From a virus (taxonomy: Duplodnaviria; Caudoviricetes): a stretch of DNA of 39,074 nt. The notes under the pieces are model-generated. The model was not told the DNA's origin and did not search any database. It saw nothing but the letters and a program-made list of their open reading frames with translations. Below are positions 1-7,938 of the stretch, piece by piece; within the stretch, counting starts at the first letter, position 1; each line of letters opens with the position of its first letter. The position numbers and the translations under genes are program-made. The stretch lies in the IMG/VR virus record IMGVR_UViG_3300040985_000616, positions 1 through 39,074 of that record. The stretch is one strand, 5' to 3'.

Positions 1-100
1 AGCTCCTAAGGTTTATGTGTAAAAAGAAAAAAGGTTAGAATTGAATATAGCTTAGGAGTTTGAGTTATCCTTCGTAAAGGGCTTAACACTTACAACTAAA
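1..100. repeat. Terminal overlap with 38975-39074 (circular assembly junction)
   Basis: 3-100 is identical to 38977-39074, with one mismatch at position 2. Joining the ends places scaffold directly upstream of capsid, as in T7. Confidence 0.95.
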
Positions 101-113
101 TTCGTAACACCAC

Positions 114-854
114 TTACATGATGTTAGAGTTTGCGAGTTTGCGTGTAACAGAGTCGCGGAACGCAGGGTCGTTGTGGTACTTAGGGTCAGCCATATCTCT
201 CTTCATTTCTGCTAGAGAGGCATAGGCTTCATTTCCTGAGCCACTTGTTTTACCCTGCATTAGATTTGGACGAGTGCCGTTCTCCATTTGGTATCGAGCT
301 TGTAAGCCCTTAACTGCACTCATGGTTTGGTTAGTATCTCCTGAATTAACTGCCGCGTCAAACACAGCAACCTCTTCAGCGGAGAACGTTTCGGAAGCCC
401 ATTGAGTCATCGCTGTGTAGCTCTCCTCGCCTCCGACTTGGTTGTACACCTGAGCTGTGTACTGTTGAATTATAGCTTGCTGTCCTGCTATGTAAGTATC
501 TACCATGTCTTTAGATAGACCCTTAGAGGCTAGACCTTCATAGTCTGACTCTTCTAGCTTACCGTTCTCAGCAAAGCGGTCAGAGTAGAATTGCATATCA
601 TCTTGGCTTACCTCTGCGGGAGCCTCAGGTATAGATAAGTCATCTGAAGATTCTTCAGCTTTCTCTCCTCCACCTAGCTTAGCCTCAAGTTCTCTGTAAG
701 CCTTAGCCATTTCTTCGGGAGAGTTAAACTTCTCAGGAAGATATTCAGGACGTTCGGTTGTTGCCTCTGTAGTTCCTACTTCGGCGGCTTGTTGTTCAGG
801 ACTTAACGCCCCTGCTTCCTCGTGAGGAATTTCTACTGATTGAGTTTCACCCAT
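114..854 (-). CDS. Capsid scaffolding protein (T7 gp9-like)
   Basis: ERPEYLPEKFNSPEEMAKAYRELEAKLG and C-terminal MADPKYHNDPAFR motifs; lies between portal and capsid. Start moved to ATG 854 (MGETQ) to avoid overlapping the portal. Confidence 0.9.
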   Translation of the reverse strand: MGETQSVEIPHEEAGALSPEQQAAEVGTTEATTERPEYLPEKFNSPEEMAKAYRELEAKLGGGEKAEESSDDLSIPEAPAEVSQDDMQFYSDRFAENGKLEESDYEGLASKGLSKDMVDTYIAGQQAIIQQYTAQVYNQVGGEESYTAMTQWASETFSAEEVAVFDAAVNSGDTNQTMSAVKGLQARYQMENGTRPNLMQGKTSGSGNEAYASLAEMKRDMADPKYHNDPAFRDSVTRKLANSNIM

Positions 855-861
855 ATTATTA

Positions 862-2418
862 TTAGCCCTCTTGTGGAGGGGCTTGGTTTTGTTGTTGTTG
901 TTGGAGTTGCGCGGAGTTAGTAACTGCATCCATCGCCTTAGGACCTAACTGCTGCATCATTGCTTGCTGTTGGGCTTGTTGAGCTTCTTGTTGTAGCTCT
1001 TCCTGTGACTTGATTAAGCCTTTAGTATCAATGCCAAGTGCCGCCGCTCTGCGGTCTAGGTACTCTGACATATTAACGAACTGCTGTACAGCTTCAGGTC
1101 CAAGTATCTGTCCGATGCCTGCAACGAAACTATCTAGTTTGTTGAGGTCGTTACCTCTTCCTAATGCTTCGATACCTGTCACCACCATCGGGTGAATCAT
1201 ATTCTTAGGCATCTTAGGTAAGCGTCCTGAAGACTGCATACGTTGCATGACAATCTTAACTAGCGGTAGTTGGAACTCTTGAGAGAGGACAGAGTAGATA
1301 CCACCAAGCTGACGCTCTATAGCTTGAGTTACTAGACGTACTTCCTCAGCAGTTACTCTCTCCGCTTTACGGATAGCTGCCTCAGTTAGCATGAAGGCAT
1401 AGTTCAATCGTTCTTGAATCTGATTGATAGTCTCAAAGGCTACACGGAAGTCAGCGTGTTTCTGTGTCTGTAGAACAGATACGTCACCTGCTGAGCCGTC
1501 AATGATAGCACCGTTAGCCGCAGAGGCGATGCGGGACTTTCTTGTTGTGCCGTTAGGAGCTACTAAGAATAGTAACTTAGCTGACGCGGCTGAGCCTTCA
1601 ACAATAGCTTGAGTCAATCCTTCAAGAGACTCTAAGTCTCCTAAGTACTCCTCTACATAACCCCGCCCATAATCTTCGCCATCTACACGGTTAAGTCGTA
1701 GAGGTAAGAATGGGTTCTTATCTTTAGGGAATGTACCTTCAGAACCCCCCACGCGGATGCCGCCAATCTCTTGATACACTTCAACAGTTTTAGAATCAAT
1801 GGTAGATATGGAGGTATACAGGCTGACAGTATCAACGTCCGAGGGCGTGTCTGATGTATTTATTTCTTCAGGTACTTGTTCTTTAGCTATATCTTCTTTT
1901 ATGACGATACGCTCAACGTTTCCCATCGGGTCTCTTGTAATACAGAAACGGTCTAAGTGGAACACTCTCATGTGTCCTTCCTTAGGTATGTGAAGTAGGA
2001 CGTTACCTGAAACAATCAACTGCTTCAAAGCTCCGAACAGTCCTACTCGGAAGTTATTACCTTCAATCTCTTTATGGATATTACGTTCCATCTCAGAGAG
2101 TGCGGTAGAAACTTCAGTCTTTACCTGCTCGATGCCTTCCATCTCAGCCTTAGCCTTCTCATCTAATGCTAGACGGAAGAATGGGGCATTAGGTGGAAGC
2201 AAGCTCATCAATAGAGCAGAGCTTAGGTTATTAACGCCACGCGCTCCTACGCTTTGGTAAGGAGTCTTTAGCTTCTGTGCAGACTTATCTCCTTCCTCTG
2301 TTACTAGAGTAGGGATAGTTAGCTTCGAGGCTTCGCGCGCTCTCTCTAAGTACGGGTTTCGGTTACCCTGTTGCTTCTCGTACCAAGCCTGCGCTGTTAG
2401 AGTTTCAGCTTCAGGCAT
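862..2418 (-). CDS. Portal / head-tail connector (T7 gp8-like)
   Basis: PYQSVGARGVNNLSS, GEDYGRGYVEEYLGDL, AERVTAEEVR, TGIEALGRG motifs; 518 aa. Confidence 0.97.
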   Translation of the reverse strand: MPEAETLTAQAWYEKQQGNRNPYLERAREASKLTIPTLVTEEGDKSAQKLKTPYQSVGARGVNNLSSALLMSLLPPNAPFFRLALDEKAKAEMEGIEQVKTEVSTALSEMERNIHKEIEGNNFRVGLFGALKQLIVSGNVLLHIPKEGHMRVFHLDRFCITRDPMGNVERIVIKEDIAKEQVPEEINTSDTPSDVDTVSLYTSISTIDSKTVEVYQEIGGIRVGGSEGTFPKDKNPFLPLRLNRVDGEDYGRGYVEEYLGDLESLEGLTQAIVEGSAASAKLLFLVAPNGTTRKSRIASAANGAIIDGSAGDVSVLQTQKHADFRVAFETINQIQERLNYAFMLTEAAIRKAERVTAEEVRLVTQAIERQLGGIYSVLSQEFQLPLVKIVMQRMQSSGRLPKMPKNMIHPMVVTGIEALGRGNDLNKLDSFVAGIGQILGPEAVQQFVNMSEYLDRRAAALGIDTKGLIKSQEELQQEAQQAQQQAMMQQLGPKAMDAVTNSAQLQQQQQNQAPPQEG

Positions 2419-2603
2419 CAGCTAGGTATATTAAGACCTCTGCGTGGTATGACTAGCGAGCCTTTACCACGTCTACGTCTGCCAAATTCATCTGACCCTG
2501 CCGCTTCGGGATTCTCCACTCTTCGCGCTAATGGCTCAGGTGGCTTAGGAGCAGGAGGAGCCTCAGGAATCTCAGGCATCTTAGGGGCAGAACCCATGCA
2601 CAT
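2418..2603 (-). CDS. Small Pro-rich virion assembly protein (gp6.7/7.3-like position)
   Basis: MCMGSAPKMP start, Pro-rich, basic C-terminus RRRRGKGSLVIPR; stop overlaps the portal ATG. Confidence 0.7.
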   Translation of the reverse strand: MCMGSAPKMPEIPEAPPAPKPPEPLARRVENPEAAGSDEFGRRRRGKGSLVIPRRGLNIPS

Positions 2604-2704
2604 TATAGTACAAACGTTCCTAGAAGAACGCCTACGGTAAACCAAATGATACTAGCAGTGTGCTTAGTACCGAAATCTTTAAGGTAAGTTGTGAAAGCTG
2701 ACAT
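2603..2704 (-). CDS. 33-aa small membrane peptide (not in ORF track)
   Basis: MSAFTTYLKDFGTKHTASIIWFTVGVLLGTFVL; fills the gap exactly, starting 2 nt after the upstream stop and TAATG-coupled to the next gene. Confidence 0.6.
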   Translation of the reverse strand: MSAFTTYLKDFGTKHTASIIWFTVGVLLGTFVL

Positions 2705-2706
2705 GA

Positions 2707-2895
2707 TTAGTTATATAATATAGACTCGTTCTGTATCTCATATATTTCTAAGAGAAGGGAGACTACAGATTGCCTCCCGACATTATACCACACTTCTCGG
2801 TCAGTATCGGATAAGTTAGGTAAATCCTTTGGTATTAGTTCTACAAGTGCATCGACTTGTTCTTTAGTTATTCTTGGGAAAGTCTCTTTGTCCAT
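2707..2895 (-). CDS. Hypothetical protein upstream of portal (gp6.5-like position)
   Basis: 62 aa with DREVWYNVGRQSVV motif of the kind seen upstream of portals in T7-like podophages; TAATG-coupled. Confidence 0.7.
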   Translation of the reverse strand: MDKETFPRITKEQVDALVELIPKDLPNLSDTDREVWYNVGRQSVVSLLLEIYEIQNESILYN

Positions 2896-3908
2896 TAGTT
2901 TAATTTAAGTAAGTGTTCGGAAATAAGCCCCTTACGATTGAAGAAGCACATACGTTGCATAGCTAACCCGCCTTGAGCGAGCTTTTCTCTAGCAAATTCG
3001 TTACCTGACTCAGGGCTACCGCTGAGGAAGAAGTACATATCCCTGTTAAGCTCCCCTGATGCGTGGGTGTGGTGATGCCCAACGCTAAGGAACTTCCAAT
3101 CCTCAATGTTATGGGTCCACCCCATCGCCTTCTTAAAGATGGCGTTTACGTTGAAGGGATTACCACCGCCAACTTGGTCTCCGTGTACGCAGAGTATGCC
3201 GTTGCCTGCTACTTTCTGCTTGACGAACCAAGTCTCAGAAATTTCCCAAGACATATTCTTAACGCCTGCAACCTGACACATAAGTTTGGCAGTATTGTAA
3301 GATACCAAATCCCAATTTGTCTTTCGGCTATGCCCTCCTCCCTTAAAGCCTGAACGACCGTGGTTTCCATGAACACACGCCACTTTAATTTTAGGGACGA
3401 GAGGGGATAGTTTGGTGATGACATGAGTAATTAGCTGTGGTACGGTCTTGACCGCCTGTGTCCACAGGTCATCGTCAATCTCGAAGGGTTGCCCCGCGAA
3501 GATAGCCTCTCCTTCCACCATGTCACCCTGTAGGATGATATGTAGGACCTTAGGCTTCTCCTTACGGAGTAGGTCAGCCGCCTGATTGGTGAGCTGATGG
3601 ACGCGGCGAGCCGCTATCTGTGAGTTGTAGGTCTCCGTCACTTTACCTACCTGCCAATCGGAAAGACACAGCCACGCCTCAGGCGTATTCTTAGAGCTTT
3701 TGGGGCGTTTTTCCTTAGTCTTTAGGCTCGGAGAGGCAGAAACCTTTACGCCCTTCAGAGCCTCCTCTACGGCTTCGTGTATCAACGCCTCTGTAGCCTG
3801 TTGTTTAGAGAGCTTGTTGTATGCCTTACGGACTTCAGACTTGAGATGTTTCATCTCTACTCTCATGTCCTCAACATTCTTATTAAATTCTTCAGGGGTA
3901 ATTCCCAT
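2895..3908 (-). CDS. Calcineurin-like metallophosphoesterase with N-terminal coiled coil
   Basis: Ordered motifs SDWQVG, GDMVEG, GNHG, HGD, GHHH. Confidence 0.85.
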   Translation of the reverse strand: MGITPEEFNKNVEDMRVEMKHLKSEVRKAYNKLSKQQATEALIHEAVEEALKGVKVSASPSLKTKEKRPKSSKNTPEAWLCLSDWQVGKVTETYNSQIAARRVHQLTNQAADLLRKEKPKVLHIILQGDMVEGEAIFAGQPFEIDDDLWTQAVKTVPQLITHVITKLSPLVPKIKVACVHGNHGRSGFKGGGHSRKTNWDLVSYNTAKLMCQVAGVKNMSWEISETWFVKQKVAGNGILCVHGDQVGGGNPFNVNAIFKKAMGWTHNIEDWKFLSVGHHHTHASGELNRDMYFFLSGSPESGNEFAREKLAQGGLAMQRMCFFNRKGLISEHLLKLN

Positions 3909-3936
3909 AGATATTGGTGTTGGTTTGTGTTATACT
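3908..3936 (+). promoter_or_regulatory. Putative sigma70-type promoter for terminase genes
   Basis: TAGATA(3908-3913)-17 bp-TATACT(3931-3936) with extended -10 TG. Confidence 0.5.
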
Positions 3937-3955
3937 ACGGGGGCGTAGCATTCGC

Positions 3956-3984
3956 ATTATAACAATGAGTAACGACAATCTCAA
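3956..3984 (-). promoter_or_regulatory. Near-consensus sigma70 promoter for the inverted structural operon
   Basis: Minus strand TTGAGA(3984-3979)-17 bp-TATAAT(3961-3956) with extended -10 TG. Confidence 0.7.
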
Positions 3985-4183
3985 GTCCCTTCTCTCAAAA
4001 CTTCACGAAGACGTAGCTAAAGAACTCTTAGAGCGCATCGCCACAGGCGAAGCCTCTACGGGAGACATCTCTGCGGCTATCAAGTTTCTGAAAGACAACG
4101 ACGTGACTGTAGTAGTGGAAGAGAGTAAGCCTGTGATGAATTTAGTCAAGGCTCTCCCCTTCACGGAAACTAAAGAAGCGTAA
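3965..4183 (+). CDS. Terminase small subunit (T7 gp18-like)
   Basis: LHEDVAKELLERIATGEA...AAIKFLKDNDV motif; TAATG-coupled to TerL; likely start ATG 3965. Confidence 0.9.
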   Translation: MSNDNLKSLLSKLHEDVAKELLERIATGEASTGDISAAIKFLKDNDVTVVVEESKPVMNLVKALPFTETKEA

Positions 4184-5847
4184 TGGAAATCCCTAACGAG
4201 CTGAAAGACTTTAGGAATTTTGTCTATTTAGCGTGGGACCATCTAGGTCTGCCTGAGCCTACCCCTGTACAGTACGATATATCTGAATATCTACAGGACG
4301 GTCCACGGCGGCAGATTATTCTTGCGTACCGTGGTGTAGGTAAGTCCTACCTCACGTCTGCCTACGTCTGTTGGCGGCTACTCTTAGACCCATCCCTGAA
4401 CATCCTTGTGGTGTCAGCGTCTAAGAACCGTTCAGATGACTTCTCTACCTTCACACAGAGGCTTATCAACGAGATGCCTATACTTGAGCATCTCAAGGCT
4501 AGACCTGAGCAGCGTGACTCCAAGATAGCCTTCGATGTAGGACCTGCTCCTGCCTCACACGCCCCATCTGTAAAGGCGGTCGGTATCACGGGACAATTAA
4601 CAGGTTCTCGTGCGGACCTGATTGTGGCAGATGACGTGGAGTCCCTAAATAATAGTGAGACACAGGGCATGAGAGACAAGCTAGGCAATCTAGTGAAGGA
4701 GTTTGACTCCATCCTCAAGCCTGATGGACAGGTACGGTATCTAGGAACGTACCAAACAGAGATGTCTCTATACAAAATCTTACCTGATAGAGGATATACT
4801 CCTCGTGTATGGACAGGAAGGTATCCAAAGATGGAGAAAGTAGCCGCATACGGTTCTTACTTGGCTCCTTATATCCTCGATAAGATTACAGATGACCCGT
4901 CACTCGAAGGTAAACCTGTAGACCCTAAGCGTTTTGATGAGGATGACCTCGTGGAACGTGAGCTATCCTACGGTCGTTCAGGTTTTGCATTGCAATTTAT
5001 GCTTGACCCTAGCTTGTCGGATGCTGATAGGTATCCTCTCAAGCTAAAGGACTTCATAGTTATGGAGGTAGACCTTGAGGTAGCACCTGAGCGTGTCATA
5101 CACTCTAATAGTACCGAGAGGGTTATAAAGGAGCTACCATCTGTCGGTTTTAGTGGTGATTACTTCTACCGTCCCCTCGCTGTAGACGGAGCCTTCATAC
5201 CCTACCGTGGTACTGTAATGACCATTGACCCATCAGGTCGTGGTAGTGACGAGACAGGTTACTGTATTATGTCTATGCTCAACGGTTTCCTATATGTCCA
5301 CGAATGCTCAGGGGTAGCAGGTGGATACAGCACAGAAACCCTGACTACCCTAGCAGAACTAGCTAAGAAGTATAAGGTCAAGGAGATACAGACAGAATCT
5401 AACTTCGGTGATGGTATGTTCAATGAACTACTTACACCATACCTCAAGAAGATATACCCTGTCACCCTCTCCGAGGTAAGACACTCGACTCAGAAGGAGC
5501 GACGTATCATTGAGACCCTAGAGCCACTACTGAATCAACATAGAATCATTATATCTCCTGAGTTGATTGAGAAGGACTATAGCTCTACTAAGCATCTACC
5601 TCCTGAGAAGGCTCCTCAATATAGACTATTCCACCAACTCACTAGAATCACCACAGCTAGAGGAGCATTAGCTCACGACGATAGGCTAGAGGTTATGTCT
5701 ATGGCGGCTAACTATTGGGTAGAGGCTGTAGGACAGGACGTAGAAGAGCGTATGCAGGAAGACAAGGCTGAGAGGCTGTTGAAGGAGTTAGATAACTTCA
5801 TGGAGAATACTGTAGGATATAGCGAAAACAAGTCCACATGGATGTAA
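4183..5847 (+). CDS. Terminase large subunit (T7 gp19-like)
   Basis: AYRGVGKS Walker A, GSRADLIVADDVE Walker B, DPSGRGSDETG and HDDRLE nuclease motifs. Confidence 0.97.
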   Translation: MEIPNELKDFRNFVYLAWDHLGLPEPTPVQYDISEYLQDGPRRQIILAYRGVGKSYLTSAYVCWRLLLDPSLNILVVSASKNRSDDFSTFTQRLINEMPILEHLKARPEQRDSKIAFDVGPAPASHAPSVKAVGITGQLTGSRADLIVADDVESLNNSETQGMRDKLGNLVKEFDSILKPDGQVRYLGTYQTEMSLYKILPDRGYTPRVWTGRYPKMEKVAAYGSYLAPYILDKITDDPSLEGKPVDPKRFDEDDLVERELSYGRSGFALQFMLDPSLSDADRYPLKLKDFIVMEVDLEVAPERVIHSNSTERVIKELPSVGFSGDYFYRPLAVDGAFIPYRGTVMTIDPSGRGSDETGYCIMSMLNGFLYVHECSGVAGGYSTETLTTLAELAKKYKVKEIQTESNFGDGMFNELLTPYLKKIYPVTLSEVRHSTQKERRIIETLEPLLNQHRIIISPELIEKDYSSTKHLPPEKAPQYRLFHQLTRITTARGALAHDDRLEVMSMAANYWVEAVGQDVEERMQEDKAERLLKELDNFMENTVGYSENKSTWM

Positions 5848-6134
5848 GAAAATATTTATACCCTTACCCCTAGAGAAAGACAAATCTCTGTGCTACGCTA
5901 GACCATATGCGCGGTAGACAGACACCCCTAAGTATACTAGGGAGTAACTACAGCCCCTTAGTCCCCCTTTAGGGGAGGTAAGGAGAGAGGTAGTAGATAC
6001 CCTAGAGAACCTAAGAGTAATCCTTCCCTCTACCCTAACCACCATCATGGGATTATGAGGAAATATATCGGGTCTAATAGTCCCTCCATGAGCTGAGCGT
6101 TATGCTCGCTCCCTGCAATACTCCACGGGGAAAT

Positions 6135-6173
6135 ACCTTGGGAGGTAGGTTCCCACAGGGTTTTGTTTTGTTT
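6135..6173 (+). terminator. Putative intrinsic terminator downstream of terL
   Basis: CCTTGGGA-loop-TCCCACAGG imperfect stem followed by TTTTGTTTTGTTT. Confidence 0.5.
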
Positions 6174-6297
6174 ACCTAGGGTATGGAGAGACCGCTAAAA
6201 ATATCAGAAAAATGTGAGCGGGTATATATATGCACCGCCTCGCAGAGTTCCCCCATAGCCCCCTGCTCTCATGGGCTATTTGCAACATCCTATCATA

Positions 6298-6404
6298 CCT
6301 AACAGATACCTAACAGCCTAACAGTACCTAACAGAAGCCTAACAGGAACAGCACTACCTAACAGATACCTAACAGCTATGCCTAGCCTAACAGAAGCCTA
6401 ACAG
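6298..6404 (+). repeat. Array of nine CCTAACAG octamers
   Basis: Exact copies start at 6298, 6309, 6317, 6327, 6338, 6357, 6368, 6386, 6397. Confidence 0.95.
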
Positions 6405-6412
6405 CGAGATAT

Positions 6413-6501
6413 ATATTCTTGTCTCAATAGTGCCGACTTGTTGAGACTCATTAGCGTCCTCTTATTGAGTCTCATTAACTTCGCCTTATTGAGAATACGT
6501 C
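6413..6501. repeat. 24-bp-period repeat (CTTRTTGAG core, two copies continuing WCTCATTA)
   Basis: Copies at 6437, 6461, 6485 and a partial copy at 6413. Confidence 0.8.
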
Positions 6502-6529
6502 CTGTCTTTGCAACATACTACAGAGCCGT

Positions 6530-7077
6530 CGTAAGTCGTTACAGGCACTAGACTTACGCACGCATCGACGGAGAATAGCCTGCGGTGTCCTGTGCTGTCC
6601 GTAGCACCCCTACCCGCTTAACTACCCTCTTGACATATCGAAAGGCTCTGTAACCCCTGTTTATGAGCGAGCGTAAGTCGTTGTCTAATAAGGGTTTACG
6701 TCGATACGGCTCTAAGGGCTGTCTCATTTGCGACTTCCTAGCCCAAATCGACCCTGATTTTAGCGGTCGTAAGTCCTGCTCTTATAAGGAGTTACAGCGT
6801 CCACGCACAGCCATTTTAAGCACCCTCTCATCGTCTTTACGCGTAACCCTATTGAGTACCCACATTAAGGACGAACGCAGATTCAATCCTAACCCCTTGT
6901 AAACAAAGCACTTACGCACGGCGTCCCTAAGTCTAGTGCCTGCCTATACTTACACTCGCAAGCTGTACTCGATTGTGTGCGACTTGAGCGAATCGTCGTA
7001 AGTCCTTGTCTAGCAACGAGTTAAAGAAATCCAAGATTATTTTAAATTCTTAAGTGTAGGTAAACAAAGGAGTTACG
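6530..7077. repeat. Seven 29-bp imperfect palindromes CGTAAGTC-N13-GACTTACG
   Basis: Copies at 6530-6558, 6672-6700, 6768-6796, 6888-6916, 6926-6954, 6997-7025, 7049-7077; all keep the 8-13-8 spacing. Confidence 0.9.
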
Positions 7078-7149
7078 CACGTTGAGCATAATATCCAAAA
7101 AGAAAAGTCAAATAGCCATTATACGTCAAGCGGATTTCTTATAATGACA

Positions 7150-7740
7150 GAGTCCTAACCGACAACCCCCCTGCTCTTTTCTCTGCCCCTGATTTCGATA
7201 ACCGCCAAGGTGAGATTTCGGACCCTGCTAGACCACTAGTTGAAGATGCCTTCAGCACCAAGTTGGTAGCACGGATAATAGGCAAGATGAGGGTAGCCCT
7301 GAGTGGAAGGGTGCTCATTTACAATAAGGTTGAAATCGAAATCACGTGAAATCCGTTGCAGGATTTGTGAGAATAAGCTAGGGGTATCCCAAAGGACTTA
7401 AGCAAGACTAAAAGACGGTGTGAGGAGATTAAAAAAGCGCAAGTAAAATTCTGCGCTATCCACCTGCTACTACTGAACATCAAATGCTGAACAATGCATG
7501 AGGTTTTTAGCAAAAGGAAATCCACTCTATAAAGGGCTAGAACAGTGTTCACCCTAAGACGTTTTCCAATAATTGATAAGGGTACTAGCTGTGAACAATC
7601 TCGAAAGGGATAAGGTGGGAATGGGGCTAACTATTTGTTAGTAGGTAAAAGGTCTTAGGGGTGTACCAATGAACAAAACACCCCACCAAATCAACCTTTG
7701 GCGATGGTCTATCGTCTAATCTAAACGCACGGTAAGGCGA
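7150..7740 (+). ncRNA. Candidate large structured non-coding RNA (~590 nt)
   Basis: No + strand ORF of 60 aa or more; more than 10 complementary segment pairs including long-range helices; GAAA tetraloop; TATAAT at 7140-7145 immediately upstream. Boundaries approximate. Confidence 0.6.
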
Positions 7741-7758
7741 TAAAAAATACAAATTAGA

Positions 7759-7938
7759 ATGCTTAAGAAAGACATAATAAAAAGAATAGTCAGAGAAAAT
7801 AATACCCTTTGGGATAAGTTTAAGAAAGCTGAAGTTGAATACGGTATAGATTCTACTGAAGCACTCAAGGCTCACGAAAGATGGGGTGCGGTGTATATCC
7901 TAACGGTTTGTTTACGCTTAGGAAAGGAGTTAAACTAA
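7759..7938 (+). CDS. 59-aa early hypothetical protein (not in ORF track)
   Basis: MLKKDIIKRIVRENNTLWDKFKKAEVEYG...LGKELN; TAATG-coupled to ardC. Confidence 0.7.
   Translation: MLKKDIIKRIVRENNTLWDKFKKAEVEYGIDSTEALKAHERWGAVYILTVCLRLGKELN

Noticed and set aside
1-100. 100-bp end repeat as the biological terminal repeat
   Set aside because: It falls in the scaffold-capsid intergenic region in mid-operon, which fits an assembler overlap. The real ends are more likely after terL.
6630-6658. TTGACA at 6630 as a promoter
   Set aside because: No acceptable -10 at 16-18 bp
6530-7077. CRISPR or mini-array interpretation of the 29-bp repeats
   Set aside because: Copies are degenerate in the middle, gaps range from 9 to 113 bp, and no cas genes are present
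7144-7412. Group I intron (S-like ATGACAGAGTCC at 7144, R-like AAGACTAAA at 7404)
   Set aside because: Elements are in the wrong order, no convincing P/Q elements are seen and no gene is interrupted. A cmscan would settle it.
6663-7875. ORFs 6663-6902(+), 7319-7552(-), 7627-7875(-)
   Set aside because: No RBS or protein-like features; they overlap the repeat array, the structured RNA or the 59-aa + strand gene
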